Below are positions 11,954-26,900 of a stretch of DNA of 64,000 nucleotides, piece after piece. The stretch spans positions 1-64,000 of the forward strand of contig DF237148.1 of the NCBI GenBank assembly GCA_000708835.1, in the 5' to 3' direction. Position 1 is the stretch's first letter. Each line of letters opens with the position of its first letter. The stretch is from Klebsormidium nitens. Lineage: Eukaryota; Plantae; Klebsormidiophyceae. The position numbers and the translations under genes are program-made. Below the pieces are notes generated by a model. That model saw nothing but the letters and a program-made list of their open reading frames with translations. It had not been told where the DNA came from and did no database searches.

Positions 11954-14900
11954 ACACTGATGGTTTTGCCGGCAAGTGACATAAGCCCGCAGAATAGCGC
12001 CCTGACGCTGCCGGACGCAGTGATTGACGACAGCGGCTCGGTACACGCCACGTTCACCCCACGAGACACATGTGAGCTTCTTTTTGGCAACTCGCTTCTT
12101 ATGTCATACATACAATAGGTGATTCAAATTTTCCTCTTCAGACCTTGAAGTAATCAAAGTATCTTCATCTAGCTTAAGTGGCGTCTTTCAATTAGCTGGA
12201 AAACAAGACAACAGATTCTGGCTGCGTGTCGGTTCATATTGCTGGCCTGTGGTTTTTCGAGCAACTGGGAATGCACACATCAGGGCAGACGGTCGCCACT
12301 TTGGATTGGGCTCGACATGACACAAGCTCTTTAAGGGGCCATGCCAACCGGTACTCGTATTGTGCCAGTCAAGTGTGCCAAGAACGCTATCCCGCATCCT
12401 TTTCGTTTGGGTTCGAATGTGGAGATTTGGTTCTGCCGCTTTGATCGGTGGGCTCAGTACCCGCGAAAAACACAGCGGACATAGTGGCCAAAAAACAAGT
12501 TCCTCAGCATTTCGTCGATGGATTCATAGCTGTGCTCTTTCCTCTCATTCACTACCATCTGCTGTTCCTTCCAGATGGAAATATGCAGACGTCCACGCCC
12601 ATCAGATGCATCGTCTGCCCGCCAACTGCTGACGCAGCCCCCCAGAACGCCTCCTTCTGCCCGGCCGTCAACTTGACTGCCACGACTCAGCTTTACGCCA
12701 CCGGTGCCTACGACCTCGCTTACGTCACCAGCCTCGCCGGTATGTACCAAGTGGTCGTGTACGACAATCAGGGGAACCGGATCTTGGACGGCTTACAGCG
12801 CGTTGCCCTGCCACGGAGCGCGCCGATCGACGGCGGACAGTCGTCGCTGCTCGTGCCGCCCGGTGGGCTGTCCGTGGGGCAGCCAGATGACGTCATAAGG
12901 TGAGAGCACCGGATTCTGCCTCATAGATTCAGGTCTCTTTGTGGCAGCATAATGCTTCTCCTCATTCTTCTGGAGCTCTGAAATCAGCTGTCCGGTGCCT
13001 CGAGGCTTTCCCGGCTTATCAAAGACAGCTTTCGAGCACCGGAAAACCTGGTACAACCAATAACCCCATACGATTCCCGGAAAAAGTGTACTCTTAGCGT
13101 CCACTGATGCAGGATTGGGTTCGACTAGAATCTGGTTTTGCAAACGGTACAAACGTCGCAAACGGACCTTAATCTTGAGAGTTTAAAGCACTGCCTTGAA
13201 GCTGCTTTGGTCTTCTTGAGTACAGCATCAAGTTGATACTGCCGTCAGAAACTGGAATTTGCCTTTTCCTCCAGTCTCAATTGCTCTTTCGGTAGCAGCT
13301 AATGAAAGTATCCAAGGCGAGTGGATCTTCCTTTGTGATTTGTGCGAAGGAAAGACGGACCTAGTTCGGACCTTTTTAGAATCTCGCGTCCCATATCTCA
13401 AGCTGCTGTGAACACCAATCAGCGCTCCTGACCTGATGAATTTCGAACAATTAACATTGACATTCACTAAGCGAACTATCTCCTTCCTGCAGCGTCACCT
13501 TGGTTCCAAGAGACAAAGCCGGGAATCTCATTCAGTTCATGGACGATTCGGCCAGCATCTCCGGGACCCTCACGCCCGTCAACGGAACCGGAACCGGCGG
13601 CCAGTCCGCTTTCCGAGTCACCAGCGGCAACTCAACCGCCGCCGCAAACTTCACCATGTACGTCTCCGTTTCCGGCCTCCGGCCCGGCGGAACGTACCAG
13701 CTCCGGATCTACGCCCGCGACGTCCAGATTCAGCCCACGGTATCCGTCACCCTGCCGCCCGCCATAAGCGATCGCTCCGTGACCTCATCCGGGCCCCCGC
13801 AAAGCGTGCAGGCAAACGCGGTCATTTCTTACCACCTGCTTCCGCTCTCGGCGTCCTCGCAGAAGATTGGCTTTGGCGGGGAAGCGAGCTTTATCCAGGT
13901 CGGCATCTGCGCGGCGGGCGCGGAGAGCGCGGCGAGCGCTTCCAGCGCGGGCGCGGGGAGCGGGGCCGTGGAGAGCGCGGCCGCGGCCGCGCCTGCGTGC
14001 CCCACGCTCGCGATCGTTTCCGCCCAAGTCAAGGATAGCCTTTTCGGAGACTACACCATAGCCCTAACCGCACCGCCGCAGGCTGGGACGTATCAGATCA
14101 CAACCATCGTCTCTGGGAATCCTCTTAAGGAGGGCCCTAAGATGATCACCGTCGTTCCGGCGGGAGGCAACTCCGGCGGATCTCCATCCCCTGCGCCAGC
14201 CCCCGCTTCGGTTCCGGTTCCCGCTCCAGCGCCGGACGCCAGCGGAAACGTCCCGCTCATCGTTCCCGGGTTGAAGAGCATCCAGCTGCTAACCCAAGAG
14301 CAAACCCCTAACGGAGCTTCTCTTTCGTTCCGGGTCCGCGACTGAAGCGGAAAACCCATTTCGATGCTCGCCTTCCTGGCGGTCGTCTCCCTCGCCCCGG
14401 AAGTGGTCACCGCAGATCTGGCGCCGGCGACGTTCCGTTCCGTTCCCTTGCCTTCCGCCGGAGACTACTCCACGAGCGTCGCCCTGACGACCAGCGGACG
14501 GTACAGCCTGCTCCTCTACAAGTGCGGAATCGCCTCCTGTGCTGATGCCATGCCCGCCACAACGCGCGTCAGCGGTATGGCACCGGTCATGACGCTCGCG
14601 CTCGCGGTCCCTACCGGTCCCTTGAGCCCGCAAACCACGACCGTCAATGCCTCCACCAGCTTTGCGCTTAACACCGTCGGATCGTTTATCGTTACCGCCC
14701 GGGATACGAAGGGTTTAGTCAGGAGTCAGGAGCTGGATGCGCCCCGCTTCAGCGTAACGGCGGACCACGGGATAACCGGGGCGTCGTTTGCGGACCGGTG
14801 GGACGGAACGTACGGATGCCAGTTCGTGCCGACCGAGACGGCGCGCTACGTGTTCACAGTCTACATTGTAAGTACCAGTGATTTGACCTGATATTCGCAT

Positions 14901-17900
14901 CTTTCAAGTTCTGCAGTGGTTTGCTTTAGTTTCGCTTCGAAGCAGGATGTCTTGTCTTGAGTGCCGCGTTCCGGTTTCTGACTAGAAGGTGCTCACGATT
15001 CAGTGTCTTGTCTGACATTATCAAAAGAGCAGATCAAGAATTTCAAGTCCGTTTGTTTAAAAGCAGTCTGGAAGGCCTGACGGAAGCTTCTGTTGAGCCC
15101 GTTCTAGGCCGGTAGCCTTAATCCAGTTACAATTTACCCTTCTTCACACATTCTCTGGATTCCCTGGACAAATTCTTCTTTCCGAAGGAAGTTCAAGTTC
15201 CAAGAAGTGGCGGGCTACAGTTCGATCTGACATAAAGACACCGAACCAATTTGCTCTTCTTTGTTAGCATTTTCAGAAGTACCTGGGTTGCATCTTGATC
15301 TCCCCTCACCAAGTCTGCCTGCGGGATTGTCAAGCAGATTCTTTCCCTGACGTACGGCGTGAAAAAAACAGCGTTCAACTCGCGCTCCTTTTCGCGGCCT
15401 TCCTTTTACAGTGATTTGATTTTCAATCTGTTTGAACGGTCATGAGTTATCAGGCTCGCACGAGCAAATTCAAGGCAAGTCAATGCAGCCATCATCACAT
15501 TATCGAGGAAACTCCGCAATGCGAGATCGATCAATCTGAAAGCCTGGGCTGCTTGTCTTCCTGGCTAGTCTTTGCCCATCACTAGCATCTCTGAGCAGAC
15601 TGCATCTTCTCACAAGGGCAGAGCCTTCCTGATTCCAGAATTGCACAGCGCAAATCCCACATACTGTTTCGTCCTGTCTACAGGACCAGGCTCCGTTCGC
15701 CTCCTTCCAAGCTGACGTTATCGCCAACTCGGGCGACGCCGCCAAGTTCTTTGTACAGGGCGGCGTCACGGGGACCGTCGGCCAACCGGTCCCCTTCGCC
15801 GTCGGACCGACTACTTCCGACTACAAGGCCGTTAACTCGTTTGCCCTGGCCTCTAACCCGGTGGTTACAGCCTTAACCGTTCCACCGGGCGCCCCAGCCC
15901 CTTTCGTTTCGAGCAACTGCGCCAATACGACGCGCACAAACCCGGGGTGCAGTTTTGGGTTTGCACCGACAATAGCCGGACAGTATGACGTGTCCGTCAC
16001 CCTGGGCCCGAACCAGGTTAGCAAAAGCCCGCTTAGGGTAAGCGTCGCCCCGGGGCCCCCTTCGGCAAACCTGTCGGTAATAACCGCGCCCCCTGGTCCA
16101 GTCCCTGTGGGACAAAATTGCACTTTCGCAGTGTCGCTCGTCGATGCGTTCGGTAACCCGACCCAGGGTCTCATTATGAGCACCGTTCTGGTTCCCACCG
16201 CCGGGGCGTCGACCGGCGGAGGAAAGTTCGAGGTTACAGCGAACGAGCCCAACCCTTCCCCATTGTCTTTCCTGCAATCTAGCAGTTACGCGTCCCAGTA
16301 CACAGTAACCGCTATAGGAGTTACTGCGCGCGGGGACTATTTCCTCAGGGTGCTTCTCCGGTCCGCATCTTCCGCTGGCCCCGGATCCTTGCTGACGCAA
16401 GCCAGCGTGGACAGCCCGGTTTTCACGGTCCAGGGAGGGATCCCCGACGCGCGCCGAATCGCGGCCGGGTTGCAAGGGAACGCGCTTCTCGACAGCACGG
16501 CGGGCGATAACCTGACGCTCGCCGCATCCGTCTTCGATTCCTACAACAACTTTCTGACGCAGAGTGACGTCTCCGGCGCTTCCGTCACTCTGACGCTGTC
16601 CCAGGGCGGCAAACCGGTCGTCTCGCAGGCGCTGACGTGGACCGGGCCCCGGCTCGTGGCGAACCCTTTCGTGCTTACGGGGGCGGGCACGTATGGGGTG
16701 CTAGTAGGCTTGGGGACTACCCGGAATGAATGTTACGAACATCTACTCGACGTCCGTCGTTGTGAGAGCAGCCGGATACGCTGTCAGCATGACGCAAGTC
16801 TTTGCGCTAACGAACGTAACCGCCGGGGATTTTGGGAGCTTCCAAGTTCAGCTGAGGTGAGGGCTCTGTGAGCTACTCTGCTCGTGGCTAGTAGGCCTCC
16901 TTCGCTCATTCGTATGCTTCTCGGAATTCCATTCCGCACGAAGCTTCCGAAAACGCGTCCTACTGAGACTTGGCCTTTGCTTGGAGCTGATCGGACAGCC
17001 TTGTCGATGTCGATCTCGTTGGCTTACTGACTTCATGCGTTCCGGCCGCTCCGAGTTTCATTAGCCAGCTACATCTGATTCATATTCCGTTCGCCCCCAG
17101 AAAAGCTTCAGTAGAGCACAAACGAAAGTTCCATTAGAATAAATGGTACCAGCTTCATCTGATTCATCTTCGTTTCGCCCCCAGAAAGGCTTCAGTAGAG
17201 CACAATCGAAGTCTGGCTGCGGGTGCTCCGCAGCTTGTTCATCTCAGGGAATCTGGTTTTTGGGAAGTTTCTGTCTATTAGCATGTTTAGATCGGGAAAT
17301 TGACCAGCAACTTCAAGTGAAAGCCGCTCCGGAACCCACTGAGTACCGACTCACTTTGTATGTTTGATCGGGACCGGGGCTGTGCCTTGAACCACCGACA
17401 TTTCAAGCTTTGTAACCCCTAAGAGGGCTGCCGTATGTCCGCTCGCAGGGACGCCTACGGCAACCCGACCAGCTCAGCCGTCAGCCCGGAAAAGCTCTTC
17501 GTCAACAGCTGCCTCCAGCGGAAAGTTACCGGCGGAACCTTGTGCACCGGAATCTATTCCGTCCAGAGTTCCGCATCCCCAGGACTGTACACTATTTCTT
17601 ACCTGCTCAATGATGCGGCGAGATATAGCGTCATTCTTTACGTCAACTCTGTGGCGGCTCCTAACATCCCTGGATACTTCATCGTATCGCCGGGCGATGC
17701 CGCCGCTGTGACGCTGTCCGGCGCCGGAACGTCCGGCGGAACCGTGGGCGCGAGCAGGGACATTTACATTGTCGTCAAGGACAAGTGAGCACATCACTCG
17801 TTTTCTGTTTGCTGTGTAGAAAACGCTTGGGCGGTGAACTTCTAAACCGCAAACAGGTACAATGTCCAATAGGTTTTTCTGATCCGGTTGATTGTGAGAC

Positions 17901-20900
17901 TTCTCCTGATCGGTGATTCCTCAAGAGCGGTTATTCAGACACCATATCTTAACTGGTTACCTTTGCTTCAGTTCCTTCTTCTTCTTTCTTTGTTCCTCTC
18001 GTTTCACCTCATTTACTACAGTACCGGGGCTCTTATGCGAGGGATTGACATCTGTTCCGTCTCCATTTCTGATCTTTGTTTGCATCCACCAGCAGATTGA
18101 ATTGCGTTTAGTAGATTGGTTCGGGACCGATGCTTCGTCGGGACGCTCTGCCCGCCAATCGTTGATGCACTCCCTCTGCAAAAGTCCGCTCCCACGAAGA
18201 AGGGAAGCCGTCCCAGCACCCATTCTGATTAACCACGTTACGGCGTGTTTCGAAAACACCTGATCGGGTCCATTGACCTTCCAAGCATCAGTTGCGGACA
18301 TTTCTTCATGCCTTCCTCTTTCTCGCCTAGGTACAACAACATCCGGACAGGTGGCAACGCCACATTGGACCAGCTGGCCGTGAGCATCACGCTTACGACC
18401 GGCAAAGTCATCAAGCTCGTCCAAAACGTGCCGTTCCAGGGCCCCACTTTTGACCCCGTCAACGGCCGCTACGTCGTCAATTACTCGGCGACCGCAGTCG
18501 GGCTCTTGAGCATCAACGTCCTGAGTAAGTCCGGTTTCTTTAAAAACGTGACTCGTCCCTTCCTCTGACCGATCCCGTACTCTTCAGGACGCAAAGATTA
18601 TGCGGGTCCAACGATTAAACGATTAAAAGGACCAAAGTCTCGTCCCGCTCTTTGGTGTTTTTCCTTTGACGTTTAGGTCTGGTATGCGAGTTGCAAGGAC
18701 GCGTGTCGGTCGTCAGGCGAACAAGCGGCCGTATCCTCGCTCCAGGGATCGTTAGAATCTTCCGTAATCTTTTTCACAATCGCCAAGACGGCTGTGCAAC
18801 CTGATTTTAATCTAAGCAACAAGCACGCGGCTTGGCTGTCCGGCAATGAAAGCTTCCACATCCTCCCTAAGAGAGCCTCAGAATCTTTTTCCTTCTTTCC
18901 CCAGTCGCCGAGACGGCTGTGCAACTTGTGACGGTCTGGTTCTTAGCCAAGTAACAGGCACGCGGCTTGGCTGTCGGGCAATGAAAGCTTCCCCATCCTC
19001 CCTCCAGAGACCCTCATAATCTTTTCTTTTCCTTTTCACAGTTGGCGGGACGGGTGGGCGAACCCTGATATTGCCAATTGCCGGCGGTCCGACCAGCGCC
19101 GCTCTGTCGCGTTTGGGCGGTACAGGGCTCGCTGGCAGCGTGGCGAACGTCACCAGTGACGTCATCATCACAGCTGTGTGAGTGCTTCCGTTGGGGCTCT
19201 TTTGATGCTGAAGGAATTGCGGGCTGTCCAGGCCGGGTAGACGACCTCCTGTCTAAGTAAGGATTGTCCAATTGACTGCGGTAAGTTGGACAATCGGTTC
19301 GCAGTCAATTGGACAATCGGTTCAGCCGTTTGCTTCGTTCGGCACGAGTTTGTGAATACATTTGAAGATCACAAATGCTCAGGAGAAACTTAAATAGCTG
19401 TGTTTAGTTCTGGTTGTTCCAGACGCTAAACATGAGCCTCCACGAGGTTGGCTCATTATGTTGTTATATACTCAATCATCAGGGGCTCAGACCGTAACAC
19501 ACGTGAGTACAAAAAAGTTCGTTTTTTCTTGGATTGGGTATCCGAGCCTGTGAGCGCTACAGCTTTTCTGGCTCCTCCACTTGATTGCACTTGATTCTCG
19601 TTCCACGTCAAGAGCTAGATTGAAAGGTCCATTGCAAGGATGGAACCACAGCCTCCCCAGTTTGCAGCGGATTCCTTGGAGTTGGAGTTATCTTTGTCGA
19701 AGCCAAATAAATAACCCTTCATGCAAGACCGACTTCTTTGGGTTTGCGGGGGCAGTCAGAACCTCCTTATATCTAATTTCGAGGAAACAGGCGTCCCTTC
19801 ACTTTATAGCAGCGTGTATATTTGCTCCTTGCAGCGACCAACTTGGCTTTGTCAAGACGACCGGCGGCGACCCGTTCTCCGTCCGCCTTCTCGACACGTC
19901 ATGCCCGCCCGACCAGTGCTCCGCCTACGTCAGCGACAACGCCGACGGCACATACGCGCTGCGGTACAAGTTCGCACAGCCCGGTACGTACCGCATGGAC
20001 GTCACGCTCAGCGGCCAGGCGGTGGGGTCCGGTACCAACGTCAGCAGCCCCGTCACACTTACCATCCTGAGCGCCTCTGCCAGCCGCCCCATCGACCTTC
20101 TGAAGACTTCCGTTTCCGGCGACGGCCTGGCCGGAACGGTGGCCGGAGCCCTGGCGAGCTTCCTCGTCACCACGTACGACTCGTCGGCCATCCGGCTCTT
20201 CCAGGGGGGGGCCGTTTTCAAGCTGCAAATGACCCCCAGCGTCAGCAACCGGGTGCAGAGCGCCCCCAAAACCGCAGTCACGGACAACAACAACGGAACG
20301 TATACGATATCCTACTCCACTGCTGGGGCCGGAACATACGCTATGAGCCTTTTTGGTGGGACCACCGGGAATACATCCATCCCCGCCCTTTCCGGCGCCA
20401 CCGTAACCGTTCTCCCCGGTCCGACGGTCGCCGCCAAAACCACAGTGGCCCCGTTCACACCGAAGTCCGTCATCGCCGGACAGTTGGCCCAAGCGCTTAT
20501 CTCCCCCGCGGACGCTCTCGGCAATCTGGTGACGTATACCGGCAACTATCCGGCGAGCAGCGACCAGTTCATCGTGCAAGCCATACCGGGCCCGAATGCG
20601 CTGGGTTACTCCAAAAACTTCACCGTAACCACCGTGGTTAACCAGACGTACCTGGCAACGGTCAACGTAACCGACATCGTCGGGAACGTCCAGTTAACCG
20701 TTCTGCTCGCCGGGAAGCCCATCGCAACCGGGGCGTTCACGGTAGCCGTTGCGGCGGGGCGGAGCGTTAACCCGTGGGTTTCCGTTTCCGGAACCGGCCC
20801 TTGGCCCGCCGGAACCGGTCAAGGGATCGACGTCTTACCGTTTGACGCTTTCGATAACTCGATCGACGCGTACAAGCCCGTGTGCACCTGTACCGGCTAC

Positions 20901-23900
20901 CTGACGTCAGCAAACGCCCCCATGGTCGTCAGCCAGTGCGCACTTGCGGATAGCAGCTATCACCTCTGGGACGGGAGCGAAACGCCGTTTGGATACCTGT
21001 ACATGATGCCGCCAATCAAGGTCGCCGCAACTTACTCCCTGACGGTTAACATAACCCAAACCGCTTACCCGGGGTACGTCAACACCTACACGCTCCCTGA
21101 CCCGATCGTGGTTAGCCCCGGTGACCCGAGCGCCGCGTTCACCAAGGCATTCGGTCCCGGGGTTTCGTCAACCGGGGGCCAGGCGGGGAAGAACACCAGC
21201 TTCACGATCGCGGTTAAGGACGCTTACAATAACTCGGTCCCTAACCCGACTGGGGTGACCTACAAGATCACGAATCCAACCGGGGGTTTGATCTACGGGA
21301 CCCTGGTTGACAACGAAGACAGCACGCTAACCGTAACCTACATGCCGCTCGCTACGGGCGTCCACAAGGTGGCCGTCTTTGTCAACAACGCCGCGGTCGG
21401 AAACGCGTTCCAGGTTACGATAACCCCCCCGCTGACCAGCGCCGCCAAAACCACCGCCCTGCTTTCCGGTTCCGCCGCGCCGCTGACCGGCGGAACCCAG
21501 TACGCGATCACCGCGGGAAAGGATACGAAGCTTGTGGTGACGGCGTATGATATCTACGGGAAAAAGCAGCTGGCGAAGAGCGACACGTTTACGGTGACGT
21601 TTACGCCCGCGACGGCTGTGGATGGCGCTGCGACTGGAGCGAAGTGCTCGCAAGCGGTGAACAACAACGACGGTGAAAGCGGTTATTCTCGTGCTTTTAT
21701 CCTTGTTTTTGGCACGTCTTGGGGAAGGTGCAGCTTCTAAAACAGGAACGGCAGAACAGTCCGACAGTTGGTCTGATTACTAAGTAGACATCTTAAATGC
21801 TCTTGAAGGGATATAGACTCTGCTAAGATACTGTCCTGCCATGTGACTTGCTGGCTTAGGTAGTAAAAGGCGCTCTCAGAATTTCAATGCTCAGCTAGCC
21901 AACGGGACAGTTCAAAAAGTTCCATCCTTTTGCAGGGGAAACTAGCTCGTCAGCTGTTCTCTTCTAAATGCCCGGCTGATTTGTTGGTCCGCTTTTACTA
22001 CTGTGATGGATACGAATGCGAGTTGGAACGAACGATGTTTCACCAATTTCTCACTGCTCTCTTGAATGTATTCAAAGAACCGTTCCGCTGGCCTCTCTGG
22101 GATTCAGCCTTGCCGGAAACTCGGCTATTCAGAGGTCTTTCGATCTGAGTCCCTTATATCTTCTTCAATTCATCAGATTAAGGTTCGGAGTAGTATCTGC
22201 TGTTCGGCCCAGCTTCAAGTCTGCTTAAGAGTCGAGTCCTTTCATCCTTTCCAGCCATTTCTGAGATAATGTTTCCTGTCTTCTTTCTCTCAGGAACGTA
22301 CACCATAACTTTCTCGGCGAACAAGGCCGTCTCATCCTCCACTCCCGTCGTTTACTCGCTCGCCGTAACGCTCAACTCCGGCGACGGGGGTCCGGCGCCA
22401 ATCGCTGGCAGCCCCTTCCAGTTCACCGTCACCCCAGCTTCCGTCGACGCCGCCTCCTCTTCCGTCCTTCCGGTGAACACAGCGGAAACGGCTGCCGGCC
22501 TGACGTACAACCTCCCAGCTGATGACGCAAGACGCGTTCGGCAACCGGGGCAGCTACGCGCCCGGTTCGTTCTACAACGTGACCGGAACGGCAGTGACCA
22601 ACTCCGTGAAGCCGAGCGGAAGCGGATCCAGGCGCAGGCTCTTGCAGGCGGCCACGACATCAAGCGCCGGTTCCGGCGCCCAGTTTTCCGTCGTCAACAA
22701 CTACGACGGAACCTACTTGATAACAATGATCACAACCCAGGCGGTCCCGTATAACATCACCTTTAGGGTTAACGGAGTCCCGGTCAAGAGTAACCAGCCG
22801 GGTGGGGTAACGTTCAAAAACCTGGTGGTTCCGTCCGGAAAAACGAAGAAGTCCGCTTTCACGGCCAGCGGAAACGGAATCGGGACTGCGACGCTCAAAG
22901 CCGGCGACACCGCCCAGATCGCCATCCAGGCGCGCGATCAGTACGGCAACCCGACCATGGACGATCTGACGTCACTCGCAGCCGGTCTGACGTCATCCTT
23001 CCAGGTGCGCGTGGGAAGCAACACCAGCTTCGCCACCTTTTCGGACCCGTCCTCTCTAACTGTCTCACCGCCGGTCACTTGGAACCCCGTGATGATCGTC
23101 GTTCCGTTCACCGTTCTCAAGGCCGGAACGCTGGTCACGACGCTCGGTTTCGCGGACGGAACGATTCTCCAGGGGAGCCCCTACTCGGGGACGGTTGTTC
23201 CGGGCGCTCCGTCTGCGGCGGGGTCCCTGGCATCGGGCCCCGGGTTGAAGGGCGCGCTCGCGTGTTTTTCCGGCACAAAGTGCGTCCCCGCGAGCATCTA
23301 CCTCATGCCTCAGGACGCGTACGGCAACCCGGTCATGGGCGCCGCGACGGCCGCGGCCGCGCGCGCGACGATGTGCGCGCGCTTCGGCGTGGTCTTCTCG
23401 GTTCCCGCGAGCATCACCAAGCAGGCTCCGCAGCCGGACGCGAACAACACCGCGCGCTGCGTGGTGACGTATACCGCGTCAGCCGCGGGGGACCAAACCT
23501 TGCAGGTCAGGTTTGACGGTAACTACGTGGTTAGCGGGGGGCAGTTCCCGATAGCCGTGCAGTCGGGGACGGGCGCGGCGGACGCCTCGCAGTCGACCGT
23601 AACCGGAGACGGCATCAACTCCGTCATACTCGCCGGACAGTCCTACAAGCTCACCGTAACGCTGAGCGACGCCAACGGGCTGACGTTACAGACGGGTTTC
23701 GGGGCGACCGTCTCGGCGTCCGCGAATTCCTCGGCGCTGAGCTTTGCGTTCGTGGACGCCCAAAACGGCCAGTTTGTTGCCAGCTTCAAGCCCGTGGTTA
23801 GCGGTGTGTTTGTCGTAACCGTCTCGGTTAACGGCAAGCCGATCGGGGGTTATCCCAGCGGGTTTAAGATGAAGGTCGCCTCAGCCGCAACCAGCGCCTC

Positions 23901-26900
23901 CACATCTACAGTCGCCCTCTTAAACCAGACCCTTTTCCAACGTAACCCTTCCCCCGAGACGCTTTCGGCAACCGGCAAGATTACTTGGTTTCGGGCCCTG
24001 ACGCCTTCTCGGTTTACCTAACCCTCCCTGACCTCACATCGGCGACGCTAATCCCGACGCTAACCCAGTGCAACGAAACCAACTGCCTCGCGGCCAGCGT
24101 TACCCCGTCCCAAATTGGCGAGCACCAGATTCAGGTTATCCTGAACCTGGCGTCCGGGAACATGGCGGTCGGAGGAGTCGCCAACATCTTACGCGTGTTA
24201 GTATTTGCCGGACCTCCGGTGCTTGCGAAAACGGAGCTCCGGGGGCTGGGGGCGACGACGGCCCAGGCGGGCGTTCCGACTAGCTTCCAGTTTGTCCTGA
24301 AGGACGCCGGTGCGTCATTCAAATCTCCGGAGAAGAATACATATGTGATGCATAACGAATATTTTATTGTTGGGGGCGCGGGGGGTGCCGTAAATGGACG
24401 GTTGCCTTTTCATTCTGTCATTAGTTTATACTCCTGTCACGTCTCAGCGGTGAAGCCCTGTGCCAGCACAAGCTTTGATCTCCAGACGATTCACTTCAAT
24501 CCGCTTCGAACCCTTCGGACTTAGACTGTAGACATGTAAGGCACTGAAATGATGTGCGTTTTAAACGTCAAGGGTATGGAAAAGCACAAGTTGGGTTACT
24601 TTTTAAAACCAACTTCGAACTTTGCACCCGTTGATACGGCTAAGTAAGCTCTTTGCTGTTCGGCGTTATGTACTCCTAAATGACGTTGTGAGCTTTGAGA
24701 TTTTCTACGTACAGCGAGTTCCTTCAAGGGCTGAAGGCTGCCCTGATAGGGCCCGGAGCCTGATAGGGCCCGAAGCCCTTTTGAATCTTCTGAAAAGCAA
24801 GATCCCAAGAAAAGAACCGCAATAGATAAGATCTCTCGAAGTTTTCCCTGAGCTTGCTGCGTCCCTTTCCAGGTGGAAACGCGCTCGATTCGAACACCCT
24901 CAGCGACGCAAACCTGCCGACGATCATCCTCACCTCCTCGCTCAACAGCAGCGTCACGTCAACGTCGTCTGTGCGTCCGTTTGCGCTATCCTTCCTGGCT
25001 GTTTTCACGGCGGTCCAGAGCAGCTATCTAGACATCTATGCCCAAGGCCAGCAGTTCCACTACACCGGGCTCACGGTTACGCCGGGTGAGTCAAAAAGTG
25101 CCCTTCCGACTCTTGGCCAAACAAACTTGAACCGAAAGCTCTTTTTACAGGAGAAAACTTTTTAGCCTCATCCGGTTCGTGTTTGGTTAGGGCCCCATTT
25201 TCACAAGCAAACGGAGGTGACTGGTTGATTAAGTTTAGGCCAGCTTAAGGACGGAGATGTCCTTTATGGAAGTTAACACGGCGTTCGGCCATGCACTGCT
25301 GCCGTCGTTCCGTGATCTGGTAAACTCGTGAAAATGATGATGACCAGAAGAAAACTGCCCAACAGGCCTTCCAACCCATCGCGGGCCGATTCAAGCGGCA
25401 GATAAAAGCTGTCTTCCTTTCTGCTTCTGGCTTTGAGTTGGTCAAACTTGAACCGTTCCTTGCCCCGCCCGTATAAAGCAGCTTGGGTTTTGTTTTTACA
25501 GGTCCTGTATTCACCTCCGCCTGTTACGCTGTCGGGGCCGACGTCGGCACCGCGGCCGCGCCCGCGAGCGTCGCGGCCGGCTTGCAAGCCGTCTTCTCCA
25601 TCTACCCCCGGGACTATTACCAGAACCTTTCCCCGGACGGCAATCTTATCTTCGACGCAAAACTCACGCTGGACATCAGAGTCTTTTCGGCGCCCGCTGG
25701 AAGCTTTTCCAGCTACTATGTGCCTAAGTGGACGGTAGTGACGCCGGATTCGGTGACGTTTGTGGGCGACCACTACGAAGTGGCGTACACGCCAACAGTC
25801 GCCGGCAACTACTCCGTAAGTTCCCCATGCCAGCAAAGAGTGTATATCAGATGATGGCTAGTCAAAGACTGCATTCCTCAGCAAGACACGACAGACTTTG
25901 GCACCGTTTTCAGTCCGCATCACAACAAAGATTCGGCCACTCAACAACTCGGAACAGTCAAAACTTGCACTCTAAAAAGAACAGAACGAGACTTGGTCTT
26001 GATGGTCCGAGCTTCTTACCATCTTTCGAATAGTCTGTTCCGTTTCAGATCGCATTCTCACATTCGCTAAGTCTGTTTGCAAATAGAGGATGCGTAAACG
26101 GTATTTATTTTTACGAACGTGATCTCGATAAAGTCTGCGTGCACAGGACTCTGCAAGATGGTGAGACGGGTAAGGCAGTCTGATTCCGAACAGTCTCCAA
26201 AGAAGTGGCAACCAAGATAGCTCCCCCGTCTTCTCAGGTATACGTCACGCGCGCCAACGTGGCCATCGGCGGCGGTCCCTATTCCGTTTCCGTCCTTCCG
26301 GGCCCCGCTTCCGCCTCCACCTCCCGGCTTCTCCCCGCCTCCCTCACCAACTGCACCTCCGGTGGGACACGTGTCATCACCGTATTGGCCTACGATGCCC
26401 TCGGGAACCCGGCCACTGCCACGGCCGACGTCTTTTCCGTTAGCGTCACCGGAATGGAATCCCTCACCGGACAGCCGGTCCCGATGCCGTCAGCAGGGCC
26501 CGGAATTTACAACTTCAGTTACCCCTGCAGCCGGGCGTTCTCACAGAAGAGCTTCCTTGACGTCACGCTGGCGTCATCTTACGTCGTCAGCGAGGTGCCG
26601 TTGACCACTTTCCCGGGCCCGGTTAAGATAACCAACATCATGGCCCGCCCTTGGCTGCCGGTCACCGTGGGCGTGCCGGTAGCGCTAACCTTCGTCGCTA
26701 ATGACAAGAACGCTAACCCGCTTTGGACGGGTGGTCTCAACATCACCGCGCAGTGGGTCAACGGGCTGAATAAAAGCACAGCGCTCAACGTAACCGATAA
26801 CGGGGACGGTACGTACCAGGTGACTCTGTTCGCGACCGTGGCCGGTACGTACCAGCTAACCGCCAGCCTCGCCGGGCAGCAATTTTTCCCAGCCACCGGG

